This document shows positions 33,686 to 43,464 of a stretch of DNA of 64,000 nt, one piece after another. The position numbers were made by a program, and so were the translations under genes. How positions within the stretch are numbered: position 1 is the first letter of the stretch; every line of letters begins with the position of its first letter. The notes below the pieces were generated by a model. It was not told where the DNA came from, ran no database searches, and saw only the letters and a program-made list of their open reading frames with translations. The DNA comes from an uncultured Gammaproteobacteria bacterium. Lineage in GTDB: Bacteria > Pseudomonadota > Gammaproteobacteria > Steroidobacterales > Steroidobacteraceae. The DNA lies in the NCBI GenBank assembly GCA_963789365.1, contig CAWBKJ010000004.1, forward strand, positions 448,005 through 512,004. The letters run 5' to 3'.

Positions 33686-36630
33686 ACGGCGAGCGATTGC
33701 GCACCGGCACGCGCCTTGCACCCGAGCGCCTGTCGTTCACCTTTGACGGCCGTCGCTACACCGCCCAAGTGGGCGACAGCGCCGCCTCGGCGCTGCTGGC
33801 GCATCAAGTGCGCCACCTAGGGCGCAGCGTCAAGTACCGGCGCGTGCGCGGCCTGCTCACGGCCGGACCCGAGGAGCCCAATGGGCTGCTCTCGGTCGGA
33901 GCACCGCCCGAGGTGATCCCGAACGTCCCGGCGCCGCAGCTGCTGCTGCGCGAGGGGCTGGTGTTGCGCAGCCAGAATCGCTGGCCCAGCCTGAAATTTG
34001 ACCTCGCCTCGGTGCTGCAGGCCGGTGGCGGGCTGTTGGGCGCGGGCTTCTACTACAAGACTTTTATCTGGCCGTCCTGGAAGACCTATGAGGGGATCAT
34101 CCGCCGGCTTGCCGGCCTGGGCGAAGCCCCAGGTCGCTGTCAGCTACCGCCGGTGGCCATTGAGCATTGCGGCTGCGATGTGCTGGTGGGTGGCGCAGGG
34201 GCCGCCGGCCTGGCCGCAGCGCTCGCGGCCGCGCGCGCCGGGGCGCAGGTGATCGTTTGCGAGCGCGAGCCGCTGTGCGGCGGTGAACTCGAGTTTGAAG
34301 CCGCTCGGATCAACGGCCTGCCCGCTCGGGACTGGATTGCAGCGACGCTCGCCGAGCTCGGCACGCTGGGCGCGCGCGTGCTGAACAACACCACGGTGGT
34401 CGCGGAGTCCAGCGGCGAGCTGATTGCGCATGCCGAGCCCGGGGGCCTGCCCGCTCGCAACACGATGTATCGGATCCGGCCGCGTCAATTTATCGTCGCT
34501 ATGGGAGCCATCGAACGGCCGATGGTCTTTTGCGACAACGATCGTCCTGGTGTGATGATGTTGGGCGCGGCCGAGCGTTACCTCGCGCGCTACGGTGTCC
34601 AGGTGGGTGCGCGGCTGGTGCTGTTCGCCAATCACGAGCGCGTCTATGCCACCGCGCGGCGGCTGATGGCAGCCGGCATGGAGGTGCGCGCGATAGTCGA
34701 CACCCGCCGCGTCCATGAACTCAGCGCGGACGAGGCACAGCTGCGATCGCGCGAGACCCTGCGCGGCGATGGCGTGGAGTGCCTGACGGGACACGCCGTA
34801 ACGGCTGCCCTGGGCCGCCGCGGCGTGAAGTTCGCACGCGTCGAATTACTCGGCGGCTCGGCGCCTGCCAGGCCCATACCCTGCGACACGATTCTGGTCA
34901 GCGGCGGATGGACTCCGTCGGTACATGCCGGGCTTCAACACGGCGGACTGGCGCGCTTCGTCAGCCCGATTGGCGCGTTCGTTGCAGGTGATCAGCCCGC
35001 GGGACGCGCCGTTGCGGGCAGTGCACGCGGCCTGTTGGAATTGGCGGCCGTGCTGCTCGACGGCCATGCGGCCGGTGAGCGGGCAGCGCGCGAGGCGGGA
35101 GCCCAGGGCGAGCCGGGCACGGCGCCCGACGGGAGCGGAGATGCAGCACCCGCGCTCGTTGCTTTTACACGAGCGCCGGGCTCACGCGGCGGCGAGAAGC
35201 GCCAGTTCATCGACCTGCAAAACGACGTCACGGTGGCCGATTTGCGCACCGCCCTGGCGGAAGGATTTTCCGACATCGAGCACATCAAGCGCTACACAAC
35301 TTTGGGTGTGGGCACCGATCAGGGGCGGACTGGCGGCTTGCTGGGCGCGGCGATCGCGGCCGAACTGCGGGGGGAACCGCTCGCCGAGGTCGGCGCGAGT
35401 CGCAGCCGGCCACCCTATCACCCAATAACGATGCGCTCGATCGCCGGCTATCATGTGGGCGCGGCGGTAAAGGTCACGCGACGCACACCGCTGAACGATT
35501 GGCACGCCGCTCACGGCGGAATGCTCGAACCCATGGGGCTGTGGCTGCGACCGCGCTATTTCGCCGCCAACGGCGCGACCGCGGCGATTGCCGCGGTCGT
35601 GGAAGCGCGCCGTGTGCGCACCCACGGCGGCATCGCCGACAGTTCGACGCTAGGCAAGATCGAGATCGCGGGGCCTGAGGCTGCAGCTTTTCTGGATTTT
35701 CTCTACCTCACTAAGGCCAGCACCATCAAGCCCGGGCGCAGCAAGTACATGGTGAATCTGCGCGAGGACGGCATGGTGCTCGACGATGGGCTGGTGCTGC
35801 GCCTCGCGCCCGATCGATTCATTGCCACGACCAGCTCCGCGCATGGCACCCACGTGCTCTCACACTTCGAGCACTATCGAGCGACCCAGTGGGCGGCTCG
35901 AGCCGTGACGGTTACCGACGTCACCGAGGCCTGGGCGGCGATCGCCGTGGCCGGGCCCTTGAGCCGCGCGACGCTCGAGCGCGTGCTCGGGGGATCCTGG
36001 AGCGAAGTGCTCGCGCGACTAAGCCACATGGATTTCGCCGAAGGCCACTTCCGCGGTCATGAACTGCGGGTTTTGCGCGCGAGTTTCTCCGGGGAGCTTG
36101 CTTTTGAATTGCACTGCCGGCCACAGGCGGCGCTCGCGCTGTGGGAAGCTCTCGGCGCGGAAGGCCTTGCACCTTACGGAATCGACGCGCTCGATATCCT
36201 GCGGGTCGAGAAGGGTTACCTGGTGAGCGCCGAACTCAACGGTGAGACCACGCCTCTTGACCTGGGCATGGAGGGGCTGGTGCGCCTGGGCAATCCCTGC
36301 CTTGGCCGGGAGCTGCTGGAGCGACCGGCCTTTCATGAACCGACGCGGCCGCGTCTGGTTGGCCTGCGCGCGCTCGACGGGCACACGCCCTTCCTGGCCG
36401 GAGCGCAACTGACATCTGCCGACTCCCCCACCCGGCCCTGCGGCCATATCACCTCGAGCGTCTTCAGCCCGACGCTCGGCGAGTGGCTGGGCCTGGCGCT
36501 GCTCGCCCGAAATCTGGCGGTCGAGGGTGCGATCCTCACTGCCCGCGATCCACTGCGCGCGGCCGCTACGCCGGTTCGCGTCGTAGCGCCGGCACATTTT
36601 GATCCGGGCGGCGCCCGCATGAAGGCCTAA
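33682..36630 (+). CDS. soxA: sarcosine oxidase subunit alpha
   Basis: A GTG start overlaps the soxD stop. LSFTFDGRRYTAQVGDSAASALLA, NAD fold DVLVGGAGAAGLAAALAAARAGAQV, and a C-terminal GcvT-like folate domain. The ORF extension back to 33583 overlaps soxD. Confidence 0.93.
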   Translation: MNGERLRTGTRLAPERLSFTFDGRRYTAQVGDSAASALLAHQVRHLGRSVKYRRVRGLLTAGPEEPNGLLSVGAPPEVIPNVPAPQLLLREGLVLRSQNRWPSLKFDLASVLQAGGGLLGAGFYYKTFIWPSWKTYEGIIRRLAGLGEAPGRCQLPPVAIEHCGCDVLVGGAGAAGLAAALAAARAGAQVIVCEREPLCGGELEFEAARINGLPARDWIAATLAELGTLGARVLNNTTVVAESSGELIAHAEPGGLPARNTMYRIRPRQFIVAMGAIERPMVFCDNDRPGVMMLGAAERYLARYGVQVGARLVLFANHERVYATARRLMAAGMEVRAIVDTRRVHELSADEAQLRSRETLRGDGVECLTGHAVTAALGRRGVKFARVELLGGSAPARPIPCDTILVSGGWTPSVHAGLQHGGLARFVSPIGAFVAGDQPAGRAVAGSARGLLELAAVLLDGHAAGERAAREAGAQGEPGTAPDGSGDAAPALVAFTRAPGSRGGEKRQFIDLQNDVTVADLRTALAEGFSDIEHIKRYTTLGVGTDQGRTGGLLGAAIAAELRGEPLAEVGASRSRPPYHPITMRSIAGYHVGAAVKVTRRTPLNDWHAAHGGMLEPMGLWLRPRYFAANGATAAIAAVVEARRVRTHGGIADSSTLGKIEIAGPEAAAFLDFLYLTKASTIKPGRSKYMVNLREDGMVLDDGLVLRLAPDRFIATTSSAHGTHVLSHFEHYRATQWAARAVTVTDVTEAWAAIAVAGPLSRATLERVLGGSWSEVLARLSHMDFAEGHFRGHELRVLRASFSGELAFELHCRPQAALALWEALGAEGLAPYGIDALDILRVEKGYLVSAELNGETTPLDLGMEGLVRLGNPCLGRELLERPAFHEPTRPRLVGLRALDGHTPFLAGAQLTSADSPTRPCGHITSSVFSPTLGEWLGLALLARNLAVEGAILTARDPLRAAATPVRVVAPAHFDPGGARMKA

Positions 36631-36644
36631 CGCAAGCAAGCGAC

Positions 36645-37154
36645 ATGAGTGACCACGACGAAGAAACCGGCTGCCGAATTGATCGCCTGCCGTCCGTGCC
36701 GGCCCTCGAGTTCACCGCCTTTGCGTGGCCGGCGCAAGCTCTGGGCGAGCCGGCATGGCCTGGCGCTCCCGGGGCGGTGCGTTACGACTCGCAGGGGCGA
36801 GCCTTGTTGCTGCACTTTGCGCCGGGGCGCTGGCTTGCACCTGATCCCATCGATGAGACTCGATCTCTCCTCGCGTCGGCTGCGGGGGCAGGTTTGGGAG
36901 CCGTGGTCGAGGTCACCGGCAAGTGGGACACCGTGTTGATCCTTGGTCCGGGCGCGACGCGCCTGATGGCCTGTGCGATCGGCATAGAGGCCGTGCTTGA
37001 TGCGCGTGACTGCGCCGCATTGACCCTATTCGACTGTCCAGTGACGGTGGCGCGCTACCCGGAGGGATTTGCCCTTTGGCTGCAGTCGAGCTACACGACG
37101 GACTTTCTCACGACCGCCGAGCACTTCCGGACATCGCTCGCCTGCCCGCCCTAA
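36645..37154 (+). CDS. soxG: sarcosine oxidase subunit gamma
   Basis: 169 aa in the canonical position after soxA. Weakly conserved SoxG-like sequence (…LLHFAPGRWLAPD…TVARYPEGFALW). Confidence 0.8.
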   Translation: MSDHDEETGCRIDRLPSVPALEFTAFAWPAQALGEPAWPGAPGAVRYDSQGRALLLHFAPGRWLAPDPIDETRSLLASAAGAGLGAVVEVTGKWDTVLILGPGATRLMACAIGIEAVLDARDCAALTLFDCPVTVARYPEGFALWLQSSYTTDFLTTAEHFRTSLACPP

Positions 37155-37930
37155 GGCGCGGGGCGGGTACTCAGACGGAGCGACTCCCAGCTTGCATCCG
37201 CCGTCCATCCGCCATCGACAGGCAGGCTCACTCCGTTGACGAAGCCACTTTTATCCGCGTCCGCAAGGTAAGCGATGCATGCCGCAACGTCCGCCGCCTG
37301 GGCAAATCGTGCCATCGGCACGCGGTTGACGATATCCTGATCCGCGTACAGCCCCAGCTCCTGGGCGGCGTCGTCCATCTCCGTCTTGATCCAGCCAGGA
37401 CAGACCGCATTGACGCGCACGCCGCGACCGCCCCATTCAGCGGCCAGGGTACGGGTCAAACCGATCAACCCATGCTTAGAGGCGTTGTAGGCGCTGCGAC
37501 GGCTGACGCCGGCGAGACCTGCGATCGAGGCCACGTTGACGATACTGCCGCGGCCCCGGGCGAGCATCTGGGCGCCGAAGTTCTTGCACATCAGGAACGG
37601 GCCGAGCAGGTTCACATCCATGACGCGTTGCCACTGCGCGAGGGTGGTGTCCTCGGCGGGCACGATCAGACTGATGCCGGCGTTGTTCACCAGCACATCG
37701 GCGCCTCCATGGTCGGCGTGCACCCGCGCCGCCAGCTGGCGCACAAACTCCTCGGAGGAGACGTCTCCGCTGATCCCGACGACCTTGTGCCGCATCGCCT
37801 GCAAGCGCGCGACGGCTCCTTCGAGGGGTTGCAGATCCGTGAGCACCACCGTATAGCCATTGTTTGCGAGCAATGTCGCCGTGGCCAGGCCCAAGCCTTG
37901 CGCGGCACCGGTGACGACTGCAATATTCAT
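37151..37930 (-). CDS. SDR family NAD(P)-dependent oxidoreductase
   Basis: 259 aa with TGAAQGLG cofactor motif, NNAG, and catalytic S...YNASK. Confidence 0.9.
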   Translation of the reverse strand: MNIAVVTGAAQGLGLATATLLANNGYTVVLTDLQPLEGAVARLQAMRHKVVGISGDVSSEEFVRQLAARVHADHGGADVLVNNAGISLIVPAEDTTLAQWQRVMDVNLLGPFLMCKNFGAQMLARGRGSIVNVASIAGLAGVSRRSAYNASKHGLIGLTRTLAAEWGGRGVRVNAVCPGWIKTEMDDAAQELGLYADQDIVNRVPMARFAQAADVAACIAYLADADKSGFVNGVSLPVDGGWTADASWESLRLSTRPAP

Positions 37931-37985
37931 CCCGCTCCCCGATTGCGCGTCTTAGGCGGCTCGCGCATAGTAATGACGTCTATCA

Positions 37986-39862
37986 TGCCGCAGTGGATGG
38001 TCGAACGAAACATGACAGCGACACCCGCGTGGATCAATCGTCGCGAGATGCTGGCCGCGACCCTGGCCAGTGCGGTGGCGGCAGCGTTGCCACGGCCGGC
38101 GCGCGCGGCGGCTGCCGCCTCGGCCCCGGCACTTGGGACACTACTGGCGACTTTCGCCGACGAATTGCTGCAATTGGCGCCCGAGACCGCCACGTCCCTG
38201 GGTTTGGATCGTGGCGCGCGACAAGCGCTCAAGTCGAAACTGGACGACGCCTCGCACGATGGCGAGCGCCGCTGGTCAGCTCAGGTTCAATCCATGCTGA
38301 CGCGCCTGGCGGCTGTCGTTCCGGCGCAGCTTGGGCCCGCCGATCGCATTCATTACGAGTCGGTCAGGTACGCTTCCACCGCCGCCAGCCAAGGCACGCA
38401 TTTTTCTTACGGCAGCGGCGCGCGCGCCTTTAACGGCGGCAGCTCGCCCTATGTCGTCAGTCAGCAAAATGGCGCGCTGACACGGGTCCCCGAATTCCTC
38501 AACACACAGCATCAGATTGTCAGCAGCGCGGATGCCGAAGCCTACCTCGAACGGATCAGCGCGCTGGCGCGGGTGCTCGATCAGGAATCGGCCCTGATCG
38601 CCGAGCACGCGGCGCGAGGAGTGATGCCGCCGAATTTCATTGCCACCAACGTGCTGGGACAGCAGCAGCGTTTTCGTCGGCGGCCGTCGAGCGAGCAACC
38701 CCTGGTCAGTTCGCTCGCGGCGCGCAGCAAGGCGCAGGGCTTGGCGGGCGCATGGAACACGCGGGCTTCGGCGCTGGTTCAATCGCAGCTCTATCCGGCG
38801 GTGGAGCGGCAGATTGCCGCCTTCACCAAGGCCACGGCCCACGCTCCGGACACGGCCGGGATCTACCGGCTGCCGGACGGCGAGGCCTACTACCACTGGG
38901 CGCTCAAGCTCGGCACAACGACCGATCTGAGCGCGGCGGAAATCCACTCGATCGGACTGGAACAAAACCGCGCCATACAGGCGCGCATAGACACGATCTT
39001 CAAGTCGCAAGGGCTCACGCAGGGCAGCGTGGCCGAGCGGGCGCGCGCACTCAACAACGATCCACGCCAGCTGGTTGCAAACACCGATCAGGGACGCCAG
39101 GAACTGCTTGACTACTGTACCGACCGCATGGCGGCTACCCGTGCGCTGGTGCCCAAGATCTCGGGTCTGGGTCTCAAGGCGCCGCTGATGGTCAAGCGGG
39201 TGCCGGCAGACATCGAGGATGGCGCGGCGCTCGGCTACATGAACCCGGCCTCGCTCGATGGCGTGCGGCCGGCCATTTACTACATTAATCTGAAGTCCAC
39301 CGTGCTGTGGCCCAAGTACCAGATCCCGAGCCTGACTGCGCATGAGGGCATTCCCGGCCATGCCTGGCAAGGGGCCTACCTGGCCGAGCACAGCGACGCG
39401 GTCCCGTTGATTTCACAGCTGATGAATTTCAACGCCTATATCGAGGGCTGGGCCCTTTATGCCGAGCAGTCGGTCGATGAGTTTGGCTATTACGACAACG
39501 ATCCGTTCGGGCAGATCGGTTACCTTCAGGGCCAGCAGTTCCGCGCCTGTCGGCTGGTGGTGGATACCGGAGTGCATGCCATGCACTGGACGCGCGAGCA
39601 GGCCATCCAGTTTCTGGTCACCGAGACTGGCCGGGGCCGAGAGGCGATGACCAGTGAAATCGACCGCTACTGCGCCAACCCGGGTCAGGCCTGCGGATAC
39701 AAGATCGGACACAACGAAATCCTGAAGCAGCGCGAGCGTTTACGCACCGCAATGGGCGAGAAATTCAAACTGACCGCCTTCAACGACGCCGTGATCATGA
39801 CCGGTGGGCTGCCCATGGCCCAGCTTGGCGCCGCGGTCGACCAGTTGCTGGCAACATCATGA
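37986..39862 (+). CDS. DUF885 family protein with Tat-type signal
   Basis: INRREMLAATLASAVAAALPRPARA is a twin-arginine signal. The DUF885-type body includes AHEGIPGHAWQ. The upstream part of ORF 37076-39862 is antisense to the SDR gene and is not counted. An alternative ATG is at 38013. Confidence 0.8.
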
Positions 39863-40296
39863 AGCGATCCGCATCGGCCGTCTGGTTTGGCGATTTGCGC
39901 ACCGGGGACGGCTCACTCACCACGCACAGCGGCGCGCTCGACCAGGCGCCCTATTCGTTTGCAAACCGCTTCGAAGAGGCGCCGGGTACGAATCCCGAAG
40001 AGCTGATCGCAGCCGCGCACGCCGGCTGCTACACGATGGCTGTGTGCGCCGCGCTGACGCGCAGCGGCTTCAAGCCGGTGCGCTTGTCAACGCAGGCCGT
40101 GGTCAGTCTCGAGCAAGTGCAAGGATCATGGACCATCACGGCCTCGCATCTTGAGATGCGCGCCGCCGTGCCCAAGCTCTCCGCCGAACAATTTGCCACC
40201 ATCGCGGCCGATGCCAAAGTCAATTGCCCGGTGTCGCGCGTTCTGAAGGTCCAGATCACCCTGGACGCTCAGCTTGAGGCGGACCGCCAGGGGTAG
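39859..40296 (+). CDS. osmC: OsmC family peroxiredoxin
   Basis: 145 aa that aligns throughout with E. coli OsmC (GTNPEELIAAAHAGCYTMA..., KVNCPVSRVLK). Confidence 0.9.
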   Translation: MKRSASAVWFGDLRTGDGSLTTHSGALDQAPYSFANRFEEAPGTNPEELIAAAHAGCYTMAVCAALTRSGFKPVRLSTQAVVSLEQVQGSWTITASHLEMRAAVPKLSAEQFATIAADAKVNCPVSRVLKVQITLDAQLEADRQG

Positions 40297-40307
40297 AACG
40301 ACGGGCG

Positions 40308-40694
40308 TCAGGTGTAGCGGCGCGCGAACATGACCGTGGCGATGCCGAGCAAGGTCAGGACCAAGGAACCGACCACATGCGCGGCGATTTCTGCGCCAGC
40401 GAGCGCCAGGCGCCCTTGCTGGAGCAGCTGCGCCACCTCGGCCGAGAAGGTTGAGAATGTGGTCAATCCTCCCAGAAACCCGGTGATCACCAGCAGACGC
40501 AGCTCGGGGCTCATGCCGATCGGCCCGGAGAGCGATTCCAGGGCGACGCCCACCAGATAGCCGCCGATCAGGTTCGCCGCCAGCGTGCCCGGTGGAATGG
40601 CCGGAAACAGCCCGTTGAGTCCCAGACCGAGTAGCCAGCGCAACACCGCGCCGGCCGCGGCTCCCACGCTGATCAGGGCAATGGAGTTGAGCAT
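40308..40694 (-). CDS. crcB: fluoride ion channel CrcB/FluC
   Basis: 128 aa with four TM helices, [12 protein letters not shown] and [12 protein letters not shown] motifs. Confidence 0.93.
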   Translation of the reverse strand: MLNSIALISVGAAAGAVLRWLLGLGLNGLFPAIPPGTLAANLIGGYLVGVALESLSGPIGMSPELRLLVITGFLGGLTTFSTFSAEVAQLLQQGRLALAGAEIAAHVVGSLVLTLLGIATVMFARRYT

Positions 40695-40748
40695 GTGTGC
40701 AGGCGCTGCGCTGTAGGCTTGGACCCGCCCGGGTGCCCGGCGTCTCGC

Positions 40749-41381
40749 TCAGGCCTGCAAGCGCCGTAAGAACGACAGCAGCAGGTCGAACTCTGCGCGA
40801 GTGAACCGACTTGCCAGGCGTCGTTCCAGCGTGCGAACCGCGGCGAGCAGGGTTTCGAGCGCTTCAGCGCCGCGGACGGTGAGGTAGATGCCCTGGCGAC
40901 GCCGGTCACGCGTCGAGCGCAGCCGCTCAAGCATGCCCGATTTTTCCAGCCGGTCGAGCAGTGCGACAACGCTGGCCTTGTCGATGCCCAGATGCGTGCC
41001 CAGCTCGATCTGCGCGATTCCCGGATTGGCGCCGACCAGCACCAGCAGGCTGACCAGGCCGGGCCTGATGTCCTTGTCGCCGATGACCGCGAGGTACTGG
41101 CGCCACGCACATAGATGTGCGCGGCGCAGATTAAACCCCAGCAGGCGCGGCAGGCAGGCCAGATTCACCTTGGCGTCAAGCGCGCGCTCCACACGCGCAG
41201 CGAGTGGCCGACCCACGCGGCCGCGCCTCCGCACCGGTGTCGACTCGCCACGCTCCCCACCCGTGATCGCCGCCATCGATGTCCTTGCAATCATCTTTGT
41301 CGCGCCGCACGCGGAGCGAATGACGAAAAGTATAGTTTCGTTACTGTTCGCGGTGCAAATGATTGCGATACTGCACCGCAT
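40749..41381 (-). CDS. MarR family transcriptional regulator
   Basis: LRRAHLCAWRQYLAVIG...IRPGLVSLLVLVGANPGIAQIELGTHLGIDKASVVALLDRLEKSGMLERLRSTRDRRRQGIYLT is a MarR winged helix. The true start is probably internal, since the long N-terminal extension is not conserved-looking. Confidence 0.85.
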   Translation of the reverse strand: MRCSIAIICTANSNETILFVIRSACGATKMIARTSMAAITGGERGESTPVRRRGRVGRPLAARVERALDAKVNLACLPRLLGFNLRRAHLCAWRQYLAVIGDKDIRPGLVSLLVLVGANPGIAQIELGTHLGIDKASVVALLDRLEKSGMLERLRSTRDRRRQGIYLTVRGAEALETLLAAVRTLERRLASRFTRAEFDLLLSFLRRLQA

Positions 41382-41411
41382 TCAAAGCGCGTGCTCGCAG
41401 GCGCGCCAGCG

Positions 41412-42365
41412 CTAGGGGGTCGTCGGCGTCGACGCCCGTACGGCCGCGGCGATCGCCACCGCCGTCTGCAGCGCGTGCATACCGTCCTCTCCGCTGACCA
41501 CCACCGCTCGTTCACCTCGGCAGCTGGCCAGAAATGCCTCGATCTCCGCGCGCAGGGCATCGCCCGGTTCAAAGGACTGCTCCTCAATACTGACCGGCAA
41601 GCGTGCCGCGTCCATGGGTCCGTCTTGCTTGCGAATCACGGTGAGGATTTTCTGCTGCAGATCGAGTGACAGGTAGGCATCGTCCTGGAAGATCCGGAGC
41701 TTCCGTTCGGTCTTGAGACTCACCCGGCTGGCCGTGGCGTTGACCACGCAACCATTGGCAAAGCGGATTCGCGCATTGGCGATGTCAATTTCCGAGGAAA
41801 ACACCGGTGTTCCGACCGCATCGATGCTGGCGATCGAGCCGCCGACGATGCTCTGCACCAGATCAAGATCGTGAATCATCAAATCGAGCACCACGTTTAC
41901 ATCGGTGCCGCGTTCGCGGAACGGCGCCAGGCGATGGCATTCGATGAACCGCGGTGTGCGTAGCTGCGGCTCGGCCGCAAGAATCGCGGGGTTGAAACGT
42001 TCGAGATGGCCCACCTGCAGGACGCGTCCGGCACGCTGCGCGGCGACGATCAATTGTCGCGCCTGCTCGACCGACTCGGTGATGGGCTTTTCCACCAACA
42101 CATGCGCGCCGGACTCGAGAAAACTGCGGGCAATGTCAAAATGACTCGCCGTGGGCGTCGCAATGCTGACGGCGTCGACGTGACCGAGCAGAGTCCGATA
42201 ATCGCTCACGGCCTTGGTACCCAGTTCGCTCGCCAACGCCCCACCCGCCTCGGCGTTGGTGTCGGCGATCGCGGCTAGCTCGCAATCGGCGAGCCCCGCG
42301 TACTTCTGGGCGTGAAACCGACCCAGGTATCCCACGCCCACCACCGCTACGCGAAGTTTGCTCAT
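41412..42365 (-). CDS. Gfo/Idh/MocA family oxidoreductase
   Basis: MSKLRVAVVGVGYLGRFHAQKY Rossmann N-terminus and EKP motif (VLVEKPITES). It resembles sugar-nucleotide 3-dehydrogenases, but the specific substrate is not assignable. Confidence 0.85.
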   Translation of the reverse strand: MSKLRVAVVGVGYLGRFHAQKYAGLADCELAAIADTNAEAGGALASELGTKAVSDYRTLLGHVDAVSIATPTASHFDIARSFLESGAHVLVEKPITESVEQARQLIVAAQRAGRVLQVGHLERFNPAILAAEPQLRTPRFIECHRLAPFRERGTDVNVVLDLMIHDLDLVQSIVGGSIASIDAVGTPVFSSEIDIANARIRFANGCVVNATASRVSLKTERKLRIFQDDAYLSLDLQQKILTVIRKQDGPMDAARLPVSIEEQSFEPGDALRAEIEAFLASCRGERAVVVSGEDGMHALQTAVAIAAAVRASTPTTP

Positions 42366-42717
42366 GGGCGGTATTATGCCCACAACGGCTGCCGCACAAC
42401 GGCTCGCGGCCTCAAGAGGGATCGGGATGCGGTCACCGCTACATTACTGGCGCCGGTATCGGCGAACGCGAGGTGCGCAGCGAGAACTGCTGACGCTCGC
42501 CCTGTGCCTCGCCGTGGGTCTACTGGTGATGCCCATGTTGATCTGGCTGGTCGGTTCGCTGCAGCTCGGCCGCTACGCCCACGGCGGACTCGGTGCCCTG
42601 CTGGGCGATTATTACCAGGCGCTCGCCCAGGGTTCGCTGGTTCAGTGGCTGGTGGCGCTCGGACCGTACGCGGCGGTCTGGCTGCTGCGCGGACTGCGCT
42701 TCTGGTTTCGGGGCTAG
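42358..42717 (+). CDS. hypothetical small membrane protein
   Basis: A basic N-terminus (HYWRRYRRTRG) is followed by two predicted TM helices. The start is possibly at 42427. No family recognised. Confidence 0.45.
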   Translation: MLMGGIMPTTAAAQRLAASRGIGMRSPLHYWRRYRRTRGAQRELLTLALCLAVGLLVMPMLIWLVGSLQLGRYAHGGLGALLGDYYQALAQGSLVQWLVALGPYAAVWLLRGLRFWFRG

Positions 42718-42844
42718 CGACCCGTCGAAAACGTGGTCTCGCTCACAGTTCCGTCTCTAAATGCCCCGGCGGCCGCCTTTTGGAAGAGGCGCCGGGCGGG
42801 CATTCTTAAGGCAATGGCATAGATCCTGCGAGCACTAAGGGCCT

Positions 42845-43051
42845 GTGGACACCAAAGCCGATTATGTCACTGACGTCGAGCCGGAGACCGCATCCGGCGA
42901 GAGCGGGGTGCGTCCGCTCATGGTCGATCGGATCAAGCAGGCCCTGGTGACTTCGCGGCTGACCCTGGCCAGCCACAACATCGGGACTGACCCCTACGAC
43001 AGCCGCCGGGACCGAAGACGCGCATCTATCTGGGGCAATCGCAGTCGCTAG
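42845..43051 (+). CDS. hypothetical small protein (68 aa)
   Basis: GTG-start ORF. By hand count about 80% of third codon positions are G/C, which favours this frame over the antisense ORF. No family recognised. Confidence 0.35.
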   Translation: MDTKADYVTDVEPETASGESGVRPLMVDRIKQALVTSRLTLASHNIGTDPYDSRRDRRRASIWGNRSR

Positions 43052-43064
43052 GCTATAGAGCGCT

Positions 43065-43352
43065 TCAGGCGGGCCAGAAGCGCCAGGCAAGTAACGCCAG
43101 TATGACCGCCAGCGAAAGCTGGGCAGGCCGGCGCCACGTGGTGCCCTTCAGCTCTCCTACAAAGCTGGCCGCCGAGACCAGGGCGAGCGACCATGACCAG
43201 GCCAAGCCCTTGAGCAGCGGGGCCTGCTCCGCGGCCAGTCGGGCCGAATACTCCGGCAACAGCAGGAATACGATGCCCGTCATGCCCAGCGAAACCGCCA
43301 GGGCGACCGCCGAGCCCGTGACAATGCCCAGCAATACGGTCAACGGTCGCAT
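43065..43352 (-). CDS. hypothetical membrane protein (95 aa)
   Basis: Three predicted hydrophobic helices. Divergent from prc. No family recognised. Confidence 0.45.
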   Translation of the reverse strand: MRPLTVLLGIVTGSAVALAVSLGMTGIVFLLLPEYSARLAAEQAPLLKGLAWSWSLALVSAASFVGELKGTTWRRPAQLSLAVILALLAWRFWPA

Positions 43353-43464
43353 GGCGCCCCGAACGGCTGCAGCAATCCACAGTAATTGAGTCCCATGACT
43401 GCCCTCGGAACGCCAAAGCTGTCAAACTTGTCCAAGGGCCAATCGACCCGGAGCCGCTTGCCTA

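Noticed and set aside
37076-37985. The N-terminal 300 codons of ORF 37076-39862 would make a 928-aa DUF885 fusion protein.
   Set aside because: This part is exactly antisense to a bona fide SDR gene (TGAAQGLG, YNASK) and has no homology. The DUF885 protein starts with its own Tat signal after 37986.
40695-40748. Possible fluoride riboswitch upstream of crcB.
   Set aside because: The spacer is only 54 nt and lacks the conserved GGCGATGG and GATGATGCCTAC blocks. It is reported as an absence in the findings.
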